Below are positions 9,198 through 18,958 of a stretch of 36,364 nucleotides of DNA, piece by piece. The stretch is from an uncultured cyanobacterium (GTDB lineage: Bacteria; Cyanobacteriota; Cyanobacteriia; Cyanobacteriales; Microcystaceae), in assembly GCA_963807635.1 (NCBI GenBank), contig CAWEDJ010000077.1:1-36364 (forward strand). The letters are read 5' to 3'. Position 1 is the first letter of the stretch; each line of letters opens with the position of its first letter. The position numbers and the translations under genes are program-made. The notes under the pieces are model-generated. The model was not told where the DNA came from and ran no database searches. It saw only the letters and a list, made by a program, of their open reading frames with translations.

Positions 9198-9632
9198 CTA
9201 TTTATCTTGAAGATTTTTTGTTTTGGTGAGTAAAGAGCGAATATTTCCTGCTTTTGTACGTTGCTTTAGGCGAAATTGAGCTTCTTCAATGATTTTCTTG
9301 ACTAATTTCGGTTGAGTGCTACATACCGTAAAATAAGCTTCAAGCAGCGTTTCTACCGTAATACTATTTTCCTGACACAATTTTCGTACCTCGTCGTAGA
9401 TGCCCTCTTCAAGTCTGACCCCAATCTTTTTATTTGTTACTGAAGGCAGAGATGCTAACTCTTTCTCCAAAAAAAGAGTTGATTGGGCTGGCTTAGTTAC
9501 TTCCTCTTCTTGAGAAACCAGTTGAGTTTCAGGGAGCGATACCTCAGATTTAGGCAAAAGTTCATCCTGACGAGGGGGTACTTTGACAGTCTGTGATTCG
9601 TACTCGTTTTTAATTTTATCGAGCAAACTCAT
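9198..9632 (-). CDS. Small ParA partner (type Ib centromere-binding protein, ribbon-helix-helix-like)
   Basis: Directly downstream of parA. Low-complexity N-terminus, then KIGVRLEEGIYDEVRKLCQENSITVETLLEAY (beta-alpha-alpha pattern). Confidence 0.6.
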   Translation of the reverse strand: MSLLDKIKNEYESQTVKVPPRQDELLPKSEVSLPETQLVSQEEEVTKPAQSTLFLEKELASLPSVTNKKIGVRLEEGIYDEVRKLCQENSITVETLLEAYFTVCSTQPKLVKKIIEEAQFRLKQRTKAGNIRSLLTKTKNLQDK

Positions 9633-9658
9633 ATTTTATCTCCTACTTTTTTCTATGG

Positions 9659-10536
9659 TTATACTACTTTTGAAGATTTCTCTACTTGAGAGACGATTAC
9701 CTCTCTAACTTCTGGGGAGAAAAAAGGTAGCAGTCGAATCAATAGTTCATCAATGGGATACTCTAGGTTGTTCCCCCCTAAGTCCCTTGGCAAAACCTGC
9801 TCATTAATGGCTCGTTTATAAACATCACTTTCTAGAAGGTTCGGGAGCATTAATGATTCTCCTACGAGATTCTTCATCACTTCGATACTTTCCTTTGTGG
9901 TTTTGGTTGGACTTAATCCAACCCATTTAGCTCGGAATGGCATAATACCCAGCATTTTGCTTTGAGATAGGAGTCCTTGGTAAACTTTGATAAGCTCTAG
10001 AGTTCTTATGAGAGACTGAACCCCTTTTATGTTGGCTTCGGCAGGAATCGCCCAACAGGTTCCTGCTCCTAACGAAGAGAGGGCGAGATGAGATCGTTCT
10101 GGGGGAGGATCGACAATCATAATTCCAAAATTACGCGCCACACGTTCTTCTGGTTTTATTTCGTCACCAACTTGATAAAGTCGCTGACGAAGAACCGTTA
10201 GACTGACCCCAGAGGCGGCCAGAAAGTGGTTAGCATTCTCTAGCTGATCTGTTGCTGGAATGAGAAATACTTGATCTTCATCGGGAATGGGATGGATGGC
10301 ACTATAGAGGGGGATCTTCTTTTCTGGATTGGTAATAACCTCCAAAAGAGTGGGGCGATCAGTGGATGGTTCCACACCGAGGAATGCTGTCAAACTTCCT
10401 GGGGATCGGCATCAATAAAAAGTACGGGGATTCCAAGCCTCGCAATAATCCGTCCTAATATCAAGGCGATAGTGGATTTCCCTTGTCCTCCAGCTAATGC
10501 GAGGGGAACAAATGTCGGACAATCTACTGTAAACAT
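9659..10536 (-). pseudogene. parA: ParA family partition ATPase, frameshifted at about 10398
   Basis: From ATG 10536: MFTVDCPTFVPLALAGGQGKSTIA...LFIDADPQ, then EV*. Adding one G restores DPQGSLTAFLG, in frame with ORF 9659..10393 (IVDPPP Walker B). Confidence 0.85.
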
Positions 10537-10594
10537 ATTTAGTACCAAATTATATTAGAATGATATTATAAATGAACAAATGAGTCAAGGTACT

Positions 10595-10620
10595 TTAGTG
10601 CAAAAGTGCAAATGCACTAA
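10595..10620. repeat. WWAGTGCA repeats upstream of parA (operator/parS candidate)
   Basis: TTAGTGCA AAAGTGCA AA TGCACTAA: two direct and one inverted copy of the motif found at 9160-9191. Confidence 0.6.
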
Positions 10621-10877
10621 TAAATATTTCTACTAAAGAATAAATCTCTATTAGAAAAAATATCCCCAGAAGTGGCGAAAAGCTCAGGTTTGTTAGAAAG
10701 GCTAAGGAATTTAATTACAGAGAAAATAGATGATTTTATCTAATGGCATGGTAGGTTTAACGTTGAACGAAGGTGAATAATTGCTCTAATTTGGTTTTGC
10801 TAAAAGAGTTTAAAGCCTCGTCTTTGGCTGTTAATGATAGTTCTGATCTCCGTCCCTACCCAAAGTTAAACACAAGT

Positions 10878-11594
10878 ATGAATGCCTTACTACCCTATCT
10901 TAAAATTCAATCTCCTGATGGCGAGCTAGAAACTTTATCTTTAACGAAGACATATTATAAAATAGGTCGTTTGCCAGATTGTAATGACATTGCTTTGCCA
11001 GAGGAAGAAGGCATTATCACTCGTATGGGGCATTGTATTTTAGAACGGGAGGCTCAGGGATGGGGCATTACAGACAAAAGTACTAATGGAACAATAATAG
11101 AAAGGGAAGATAAGCAGATTCAATTAAAGGAACAACCCAATCAAAAAATATTTCTCTCGTCGGGCGATCGCGTTATTATTCATCATTGGCAGCTTCAATT
11201 TTTTGATCCAAATCAAACCACACCCATTAATTTAACGATTAATAGCAATACTTCTTCTAATTCTTGGATATTTAAACGAAGTCAATTAACTTTCTACAAA
11301 ATGGAACGGGGACAAAGAATTGAAGTCCCTATGCGTTTATATCCCAAGGCTATTCAGATGATTGACTGTTTAGCGGCTAAAAATTTGACTCATGAGAATA
11401 CACCCACGATTTGTCAGTACGATGAATTAATTGAGTGGATTTGGCCAGAGGATAGTTTTGGAAAAGGTAATCAAGATATTAATACTTTAGCTAAAGTGAT
11501 TCGTGTGAAGTTGGAGGAGATGGGAGGCTCGAAGGAGTGGCTAGAAACAAAAAAGACAGTGGGATATATTCTTAGAATTAGCTGTGAAGCATAG
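10878..11594 (+). CDS. FHA domain + C-terminal OmpR-like winged-helix transcriptional regulator
   Basis: FHA motifs IGR..CNDI, ITRMGHC, DKSTNGT. C-terminal YDELIEWIW...INTLAKVIRVKL...LETKKTVGYIL. The ATG at 10878 is more plausible than the GTG at 10773. Confidence 0.8.
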   Translation: MNALLPYLKIQSPDGELETLSLTKTYYKIGRLPDCNDIALPEEEGIITRMGHCILEREAQGWGITDKSTNGTIIEREDKQIQLKEQPNQKIFLSSGDRVIIHHWQLQFFDPNQTTPINLTINSNTSSNSWIFKRSQLTFYKMERGQRIEVPMRLYPKAIQMIDCLAAKNLTHENTPTICQYDELIEWIWPEDSFGKGNQDINTLAKVIRVKLEEMGGSKEWLETKKTVGYILRISCEA

Positions 11595-11595
11595 A

Positions 11596-11666
11596 AATTA
11601 CCATGCAAATTCTAGTTACTTTCCATTTGTTCTCTATGTTCATTACCCTCAATGACTTGATAGGCT
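11596..11666 (+). promoter_or_regulatory. 11-bp tandem repeat operator + extended -10 (site 1)
   Basis: AATTACCATGC AAATTCTAGTT ACTTTCCATTT, 32 nt, then TAGGCT (11661) preceded by TGA. Confidence 0.65.
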
Positions 11667-11695
11667 ACAAAGGATAAAGAAACAGAAACTATCCC

Positions 11696-12346
11696 ATGAA
11701 TCAGCCAAAACCAACTCATCTTAGAATTTTTCGCAGACAATCCCCTGTGCAGGTATTAGGGCCACATAAACGAGCAGTGATCTGGTTGCAAGGTTGTGAT
11801 TGGGGTTGTCGGGGTTGCATTGTCCCTGAGTCCTGGTCAAAAACGGCGGGGGAGTTAGTTTCCCTAGAGGATTTACAGACTTGGATTTTGGCTCAGTCCG
11901 AGATTGAGGGCATTACTTTTTCGGGGGGTGAACCGATGTTACAGGCAGATGCTCTGACGGAGTTGGTGGATAGGTTACGACAGGAACGCGATTTAGGGGT
12001 GGTCTGTTATACGGGTTATACAAATCAGAGGTTAGAGACCCAGGGGACGGTTGCCCAAAAGGTTTTTCTGAGTCGTATTGATCTACTGATTGACGGTCTG
12101 TATAGTGAAAATCAGCATGGTAATTTGCTGTGGCGAGGCTCAAGTAATCAGGGTTTGCATTTATTAACGGAACGTTATCGTACTGTTCTGGCTGAGACTC
12201 TGGAAAGGGGGGATGTTTCGGCGGGATTAGAGTTTGTTTCGAGTACGGAACGGGAACTCTATTTTACGGGAGTGCCTGAGAAAGCAGGGTTTCGGGGGGC
12301 TTTTGAGGCCAAGTTACAAACTAAAGGTATTTTATTGAGGGCTTAA
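11696..12346 (+). CDS. Radical SAM protein, NrdG/organic-radical activase-like
   Basis: LGP.KRAVIWLQGCDWGCRGC (CxxxCxxC), GITFSGGEP, YTGY, DLLIDG, WRGSSNQ. Confidence 0.88.
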   Translation: MNQPKPTHLRIFRRQSPVQVLGPHKRAVIWLQGCDWGCRGCIVPESWSKTAGELVSLEDLQTWILAQSEIEGITFSGGEPMLQADALTELVDRLRQERDLGVVCYTGYTNQRLETQGTVAQKVFLSRIDLLIDGLYSENQHGNLLWRGSSNQGLHLLTERYRTVLAETLERGDVSAGLEFVSSTERELYFTGVPEKAGFRGAFEAKLQTKGILLRA

Positions 12347-13643
12347 GTTATGTTTAATTGGACAGATTTAGAAGGTCAAAGAATTGGCTCCTATCATTTG
12401 GAAAAACTTTTGGGAGCGGGTACCTTTGGTGCGGTTTTTAAGGCGGATGAAGTTTTAAGGGATCGATTTATCAGATCGGTCGCTATTAAAGTTTTTAAAG
12501 AACAGGATATTTTCCCTTTAGATGAGTTAATTGCCACGACAAATTTAGAGCATCCTAATCTCATTCGTGGTTATGTAGCTAGAGAAGATCAGGTTGGCAA
12601 CACTAAATTTAAGGTTCTATATTTAGTGATGGAATTAGCCGATGGAACTTTAAATAATTATCGCCATGCAAATAGTCTAAAATCACAAGAGATTCGAGAA
12701 ATAGCTATTGCAGTTGCTTCAGGTTTAATCTATTTACACAGACAGAAAAAGATACATCAAGATTTAAAGCCTGATAATATTTTACGGGTTAAAAATATCT
12801 GGAAATTGTCCGATTTTGGCTTAATTAGAGATTTGGGCACTCGTAGTTATCTGGCAACACAACATCCCGTAGGGACTTATCCCTATATGTCTCCTGAAAT
12901 CTTTAATGGTGGCATACTTTCTTCAGCTTTTGATGTCTGGTCACTGGGAATTATATTAGTAGAACTGACGACAGGAAAATTACCTTATCAATTTAATGAT
13001 GAACATCATTTAATGAAGCGGGTGATGAATTGTGAATTACATTTGCCACTTTTGCCCGATCAATTTAAGCCAATTATTTTGGGCTGTTTACAACAGAATC
13101 ACCAACGCCGTTGGACTGCTCAACAAATCTTAAAAGCCTTACACCCCACAGTTATTGAATTTGTATCTCCTCCAGTTTCCCCCTCTCCCAATCCCCAAAT
13201 CCTAATCCAAGACTTGCCCAACAACATCAAATTAGAGATGATCAAAATTCCTTCAGGTAGTTTTATGATGGGTTCTGCGAATAATAATTTGAACACTGAT
13301 AATTATGAAAGTCATCAACACCAAGTGACTTTACAGCAATATTTTTTAGGAAAATATCTTGTCACCAATAAACAATATCAAGCTGTAGTAGGAAACAATC
13401 CTTCATATTTTAAAGATAATCCAAAAAATCCTGTTGAATGTGTCAGTTGGAATGATGCGAAAACGTTTTGCCAAAAACTCAAAGAAATTACAGGGAAAGA
13501 ATTTCGTTTACCTACAGAAGCAGAGTGGGAATATGGCTGTCGAGCAATGATCTCCCCAACCGCTCTTAAAAAAGGGTATAGTATGAAGTGGCCCCCCAAA
13601 ACTGGACAGTAGTGTAAGCTCTAAATCGAAACCCAGGAGATCT

Positions 13644-13961
13644 ATGAGCAACAAGAAAAAACAGTACGGTGCCCAGTTCAAAGCCAAAGTCGCCTTAGAA
13701 GCAATTCGAGGAGAAAAAACGGTATCTGAATTAGCCAGTCAATATGAAATTCATCCAACAATGATTAATGGATGGAAAAGAAAAATATTGGAAGAAGCTA
13801 GTCAAATCTTTGAGACAGAAAAACAAGGAAAAGAAATCAAAGAAAAAGCTGAAACCCAGATAGATGAACTATATCGACAAATAGGAAAGCTAAAAGTCGA
13901 GCGAGATTTTTTAGTAGACAGGTCGGTACAATTGGGGCTGCCGACCGAAAAACCTTGGTAG
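13644..13961 (+). CDS. IS3-family transposase OrfA
   Basis: FKAKVALEAIRGEKTVSELASQYEIHP HTH and LYRQIGKLKVERDFL zipper. Confidence 0.92.
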   Translation: MSNKKKQYGAQFKAKVALEAIRGEKTVSELASQYEIHPTMINGWKRKILEEASQIFETEKQGKEIKEKAETQIDELYRQIGKLKVERDFLVDRSVQLGLPTEKPW

Positions 13962-14776
13962 ACCCCAAGCATCCTGAATTGTGTATCCAACGTCAATGTG
14001 AATTATTAGGAATAAGTCGTTCGAGTTATTATTACGAACCGAAGGAAATAAGTTCCGAAGAATTAACGCTATTGAGACTGTTGGATGAGCAATATATGAA
14101 AACACCATTTTATGGGAGTAGAAAAATGACAGTATACCTCAATACGTTGGGTTATGAGGTAAATCGAAAAAGAGTGATACGATTGATGAATCAATTGGGG
14201 ATACAAGCAATTTACCCAAAGAAACGAACAACAATACGAAACCCTGAGCATCAAATTTATCCTTACTTATTACGAGAGTTAAGCATTGAAAAAGCCAATC
14301 AAGTGTGGTGTACCGACATCACCTATTTGCCAATAGGAAAAGGACACTTTTATCTAGTCGCCATTATGGATTGGTTTAGCCGTAAAGTCTTATCATGGAG
14401 GATGAGTAACACGATGGATGTTTATTTTTGTAAGTCAGCTTTGGAGGAAGCATTATTAATTTATGGCAAACCAGACATCTTTAATAGTGATCAAGGAAGC
14501 CAATTTACTTCAAAGGAATTTACAGGATGTTTAAAGCAAGAAAACATCAAAATTAGTATGGATGGAAGAGGACGTTGCTACGACAATATTTTTATTGAAA
14601 GATTGTGGCGTTCTCTGAAATACGAATTAATTTATATTTATTCCTTTGAGGATGGAAAACACTTGACAGAAGAGGTAAAGAAATGGTTTAATTTCTATAA
14701 TAAGGAACGTTTCCATCAAGCCTTAGAATATCAAACGCCAGAGCAAGTCTACGGTCAAAGTTTGAATTTGACTTGA
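13955..14776 (+). CDS. IS3-family transposase OrfB (DDE)
   Basis: WCTDITY, FNSDQGSQF, DNIFIERLWRSLKYE; overlaps OrfA in the -1 frame. Confidence 0.93.
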   Translation: MVDPKHPELCIQRQCELLGISRSSYYYEPKEISSEELTLLRLLDEQYMKTPFYGSRKMTVYLNTLGYEVNRKRVIRLMNQLGIQAIYPKKRTTIRNPEHQIYPYLLRELSIEKANQVWCTDITYLPIGKGHFYLVAIMDWFSRKVLSWRMSNTMDVYFCKSALEEALLIYGKPDIFNSDQGSQFTSKEFTGCLKQENIKISMDGRGRCYDNIFIERLWRSLKYELIYIYSFEDGKHLTEEVKKWFNFYNKERFHQALEYQTPEQVYGQSLNLT

Positions 14777-15257
14777 GAGAACGTTTTTAGTTAGGGAGTC
14801 CGTTAACTTCAGAGCTTCACTCCCCGCTATTTTTGTTCAGCCTATTGGGGCCACCTCAGTACACCTCTTTACTGTTTTGGCGATAACGAAAATCAGCTAG
14901 AAAACTATGCTTGGTATCGGAACAACTCAGGTGGTAAAACCCATCCTGTAGGACAGAAAAAGCCGAATCAATGGGGGCTATATGATATGCACGGAAATGT
15001 ATGGGAATGGTGTGAGGATGGTTGGCATGAGAGTTATGCAGAGAAACCAGGAAATCTCAAAACCAATGGCAACATTATATGGTCAGGTGATAGTAATTTT
15101 CATATACTGCGTGGCGGTTCTTGGTACGACTATGCAAGGGGCCTGTCGTTCGGCTATTCGGAACAGGATCAATACAGATTACAGAAACAACCTCATCGGT
15201 TTTCGCTTGGCTCTTTCTATTTTGTGAGATCCCTTATTGAGATTGGGAGATGAGGGA

Positions 15258-15412
15258 GAAAAAGTTATCCAAAAATTAGCCCTTAAATTATTTATTTACC
15301 AAGAACAAAAGGAGTTTATTTCCCAATGGATAAACTAAATTTTTATCGTGAAGTCATTCAAAAAATTTTTGGAGATTACAGCGATATTTATTGGGAATCT
15401 CTTCTGATATAA
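15258..15412 (+). pseudogene. Remnant of an xisH/xisI pair (XisH C-terminus + XisI N-terminus)
   Basis: 15258-15338 reads EKVIQKLALKLFIYQEQKEFISQWIN*. It overlaps ATG 15326, which reads MDKLNFYREVIQKIFGDYS... and stops at 15412. The ATGGATAAACTAA overlap is typical of the xisH-xisI junction. Confidence 0.7.
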
Positions 15413-15504
15413 CGATTATGCGGTTTCTTAAATTATGTTTAGATTTGGAAAGCAAACCCCTACCTTAACAAGATAAAATAAAACTAGCCTCTTATCAAAT
15501 TAAT

Positions 15505-15723
15505 ATGAACAGAAAAGCCCTTCTTCTACAAAACCTTGATGAGCTTCCTGAAGCTATCAGTCAAGAAGTTTTAGACTTTACCTTATTTCTACGCGATAAA
15601 TTAGAACAAAAAGAAGATGAGGAAGATGAGGAAGACCTAAAAGATATCCAAGCAGAACTCGCAGAAGAGGGTCTAATTTCCTTAGCTAATGTCAAAAAAG
15701 AATTGGGATTATCAGTAATCTAA
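15505..15723 (+). CDS. DUF2281-like small acidic antitoxin-type protein (no adjacent toxin)
   Basis: LDELPE...QEVLDF..FL motif, acidic stretch, ISL..VKKELGL C-terminus. Confidence 0.6.
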   Translation: MNRKALLLQNLDELPEAISQEVLDFTLFLRDKLEQKEDEEDEEDLKDIQAELAEEGLISLANVKKELGLSVI

Positions 15724-15766
15724 AATCATTCTCTTTACCTCCAAATCTCCCCCTCTCCTAGTCTCC

Positions 15767-17452
15767 CTAAACGGCGATCGCCTGAAGCTTTTCAATTAAA
15801 TCCCCCCGCCGAAAAGTTGCCGAAAGCTGCTGTAAAGAAACCGCTTGTCCTCCATATAAACTATTCAGCGCAAACTGAACATCCTGAACTGCTCCATTAA
15901 ATAAATCGTCTCCCTTTTCTTGAATTAAACGATGGGCCTCCTCAAAATAGCGATGATTCAACTCATTAAGATTGATCCTCATTGAACTTAATAGCCGTCG
16001 CCCCATTTGCATGGCAATAAAACAGGAAGCATAACGCACAAAATCAGGATCATTTGCCTCTGGTCGCTTACGCCGATTCTCAGCCATTCGATATAAATAA
16101 ACCGCAATCACAACCTGAGTGCCATTAAGCTGATTCGTAAAAATAAAATCGTAGAGTTTACCGAAATGTTCACGGGTAAAAAACTTCGCTTGATGGGGTT
16201 TTTCTCGCCAAATGGCTAACACAGCTTCTGCCGCCACTCCTGCCGTTATATCCGTAGATTTAAGACTCGAATCAGAGCGTTTACGACGATAGGTAAACCC
16301 CAATTGCTGGAGATCAATTTCTAATCTTTGTTGACGCTCATCATTAGCACGTAAATCCTTTAAATCTACTGGATTTTGACTATTGGTTGCATAGGTAATT
16401 TTTTGGACTAAATCTTCATTGTCACTGGGTAATTGATAGAGGCGCAGTAAAACATAGGCTTGGGAATTTTGCTGAAGCAAATTTAATAAATTTGGCTCTT
16501 GTAAGGTTCTAAAAATGGTCATACAAGTTTGACCACCATTAATAATTTGCAGATTTTCTACCCGCACCTTATAGTCGCCATTTTGAAGCGCGTTATAGGA
16601 AAATTTATCGCAAATCAAGGTAATGCCATTATTGTAAAAATAAAAATTACTTTTCTCCTCATTCATCAAAGTATTGCGAATGCCTTCATTAACTCGATTC
16701 CCTTGTAACCCCAAATAACGACGAATATTTCTTTCTAATAAACGCTCTCCATGTCGTTCAATCAGAGCCGCAATTTCAGTAACCGCAACTCTCCCCACTA
16801 ATACCCGACTAAAATTGAGATCTTCCACCACAGCTTGCCCACTGAGTTGGAGATGATCATTGACAGGTTTGGAGGCTTGGAGAATTTTAACTAAACGATC
16901 AGGATTGACGTGTTCCCAGGTCGCTTGATCCCCAAAACCTGCTCGATCAATAGCTTCCTGGGCGGAGGCATTCCACTCCAAGCCGTTGTTACAGGCTAAG
17001 GCTCGAATTTGGGGAATATAACCATCTCGAATGAGACTACGAGCTTCTTCGACTTTAGTTAATAAACGGGGATTAATATAGTCTAATTTGGCTGTCGGAT
17101 CGAATAAAAAACGAATGGCATTGATTAAAGCAGTTATTCCTTCTTCGGGAAAATTGGCATTGCCTTCTAAGTTATTTTTATATTTTCCTTGAAATAAACT
17201 AACGGTAAATTCACCATCATATTCTTCCGAAAGATGGATTGCATCTACACCAAAATCTCCACCGCCTTCTGTTAAGCAATCAAAAGCAACATCATTGTCT
17301 AAATCCAAAATGGTTTTAACACAAAAATAGACGAAAGATAAAGATTTGAGCCTACCTGCATCGGTAATACGCAATTCTTCCGCCGCTTGTTGGCGAATTT
17401 CTTCAACGACTGAAGTTAAACGTTGGTCAATGATAGAAACATTGATATTCAT
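15767..17452 (-). CDS. AIPR family (abortive infection phage resistance) protein
   Basis: DFGVDAI..FQGKY N-terminus; ERNIRRYLG, FYFYNNGIT, QIINGGQT, ATNSQNPV. Confidence 0.9.
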   Translation of the reverse strand: MNINVSIIDQRLTSVVEEIRQQAAEELRITDAGRLKSLSFVYFCVKTILDLDNDVAFDCLTEGGGDFGVDAIHLSEEYDGEFTVSLFQGKYKNNLEGNANFPEEGITALINAIRFLFDPTAKLDYINPRLLTKVEEARSLIRDGYIPQIRALACNNGLEWNASAQEAIDRAGFGDQATWEHVNPDRLVKILQASKPVNDHLQLSGQAVVEDLNFSRVLVGRVAVTEIAALIERHGERLLERNIRRYLGLQGNRVNEGIRNTLMNEEKSNFYFYNNGITLICDKFSYNALQNGDYKVRVENLQIINGGQTCMTIFRTLQEPNLLNLLQQNSQAYVLLRLYQLPSDNEDLVQKITYATNSQNPVDLKDLRANDERQQRLEIDLQQLGFTYRRKRSDSSLKSTDITAGVAAEAVLAIWREKPHQAKFFTREHFGKLYDFIFTNQLNGTQVVIAVYLYRMAENRRKRPEANDPDFVRYASCFIAMQMGRRLLSSMRINLNELNHRYFEEAHRLIQEKGDDLFNGAVQDVQFALNSLYGGQAVSLQQLSATFRRGDLIEKLQAIAV

Positions 17453-17527
17453 AACTTTTAGCTTACATCAAGCCTTACAGTTTTCAGCGATCGCGTTTTA
17501 TAGAGTAGGACGAGAGACGATCACTGA

Positions 17528-17597
17528 AAATTCCATCTAAATTCCAGACAATTTACAGATACCTACAATTCCCTTCTGATCAGAGATTCCCTATGCT
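17528..17597 (+). promoter_or_regulatory. 11-bp tandem repeat operator + -10 (site 2)
   Basis: AAATTCCATCT AAATTCCAGAC AATTTACAGAT, 31 nt, then TATGCT (17592). Confidence 0.72.
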
Positions 17598-17630
17598 GAA
17601 ATTATTGAACTAGCAAAGGAAAATCACCCC

Positions 17631-18911
17631 ATGAGCGGAAGTCCCAAATATACCAGAGCCGAACTCGATCGCCAACGTCAAGAAAAGTTAGAGAGCGATC
17701 GCCGTCGTAAAGCGGAACAGGAAGCCCGTCGTCGTCAGGAAGCAGAAGAACAGGAACGCCAACGACAATTAGAAAACCAGCGTCGTCAAGTTTCTGAACA
17801 ACTGAAAAGCTTGATTGCCCAACTTAAACAACAATCCGATCAGGTTTATGGCGCAAATTACCAACAGTTGCAACAACAGGGTCAATCCCTAGAAAAACAA
17901 GTTCAATCCGTCTCTGTCGCCGATCAATTCATCAGCATTCAATCCCAAATCAATCAATTGCAAAAAGCTTGGGAAACAGCTAAACACCAAAAATGGCACG
18001 ATGAACAGGAAAAATTGCGTCAACAGGAATTAGATAAACAAAAATTTGCCCTTGAAGACTGCGATCGCCGTTTAGCCCAAATTCTTGAAGATGGCCAAAA
18101 ATTTGATAGCCAGGGTTTAACCGTTGTTCAACAGTCCTTATCTAAGCTCAAAAATCTGATTGCTCAAGGAAATCCTATCCCAGTTCGTCAACCTTTAAAA
18201 GAGTCCCAACAGGCGATCGCGACTTACCTGGACAAGATACAAGCCCTCAAACAAACTTGGCAGAATCAGAAAAACCAAGCCGAGCAAGAATTAGGACAAA
18301 TACAAACCGCGATCGCGGGTCTCCAGGCTGACCCAGTGGTAATACTGTGGCAGGAAGCTATGGTCTGGGAATTACTCAAAATGCAACATCAGGCAGAAAA
18401 AGCGATTGATCAGGAGCAATTTACACAAACTGCGGTATTTTTGAGTCAAGTCAAAACTAAGCAATCTCAAATCATCGAAACAGCTAATGCGGCACAATTG
18501 AAGGCGGATCAACGGGATTATATTGCCGACAGCATCGCCGAAAGTTTGCAAGAAATGGGTTTCAGTATTGTTTATCGTCAACCTGAACAGGCCGATCATC
18601 CTGCCAGTGCGATTATTCTGGGGGCAGCGACTAATTCAGGGAAGGGCATCAGTGTCAGTGTTCCTGTAGAGGGAGAGGTTTTCTATGATGTGGAGGGTTA
18701 CAGCAAACAAACCGTTGCGGCGGTGGGAGGTGGCTCGGCTCCCGTTTGTGATGAAGCCGAACAGGTGATCACAGAGATGCACGAGGTTCTAGCGGCTCAA
18801 TTTGGGGTACAGATGGGAGTTTTGGATTGGGAAGGGAAAGATCCCCATCGGCAATTACGCAAAGCGGATAGTTTGCCCCAGGCTCAAGGCCATTCGGTGC
18901 GGCGATCGTAA
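17631..18911 (+). CDS. Uncharacterised coiled-coil protein with a C-terminal alpha/beta domain
   Basis: Long Q/E/R/K-rich helical region, then IAESLQEMGF...ISVSV...VFYDVEG...CD...WEG. AAGGA RBS upstream. Confidence 0.75.
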   Translation: MSGSPKYTRAELDRQRQEKLESDRRRKAEQEARRRQEAEEQERQRQLENQRRQVSEQLKSLIAQLKQQSDQVYGANYQQLQQQGQSLEKQVQSVSVADQFISIQSQINQLQKAWETAKHQKWHDEQEKLRQQELDKQKFALEDCDRRLAQILEDGQKFDSQGLTVVQQSLSKLKNLIAQGNPIPVRQPLKESQQAIATYLDKIQALKQTWQNQKNQAEQELGQIQTAIAGLQADPVVILWQEAMVWELLKMQHQAEKAIDQEQFTQTAVFLSQVKTKQSQIIETANAAQLKADQRDYIADSIAESLQEMGFSIVYRQPEQADHPASAIILGAATNSGKGISVSVPVEGEVFYDVEGYSKQTVAAVGGGSAPVCDEAEQVITEMHEVLAAQFGVQMGVLDWEGKDPHRQLRKADSLPQAQGHSVRRS

Positions 18912-18950
18912 GGGAGAATAGGGAGACTGAGAGACGGGGAGATTAGGAGA
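18911..18950 (-). repeat. G-rich short tandem repeats (inverse of 19349-19479)
   Basis: AGGGAGAATAGGGAGACTGAGAGACGGGGAGATTAGGAGA; GGGGAGATTAGG is the reverse complement of CCTAATCTCCCC. Confidence 0.7.
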
Positions 18951-18958
18951 CAACTTAA

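Larger units (their letters stand above)
13584..14858 (+). mobile_element. IS3-family insertion sequence (1275 bp), 3-bp target duplication GTA
   Basis: Left end TGAAGTGGCCCCCCAAAACTGGACA; right end reverse complement TGAGGTGGCCCCAATAGGCTGAACA. GTA at 13581-13583 and 14859-14861. Confidence 0.93.
12350..15227 (+). pseudogene. Ser/Thr kinase-FGE-sulfatase(CLec) fusion 1, interrupted by IS3 and with a 3' frameshift
   Basis: GAGTFG, VAIK, HQDLKPDN, DFG; FGE motif RLPTEAEWEY. Removing the IS rejoins ...[14 protein letters not shown] in frame, continuing to [12 protein letters not shown] and RGGSW. One extra base at 15138-15143 separates this from CRSAIR...GFRLAL. Confidence 0.88.

Noticed and set aside
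10271..10558. 95-aa + strand ORF
   Set aside because: Antisense to the frameshifted 5' part of parA.
11696..12346. Calling the gene nrdG
   Set aside because: No nrdD in the window and the context points to another role, so the symbol is withheld.
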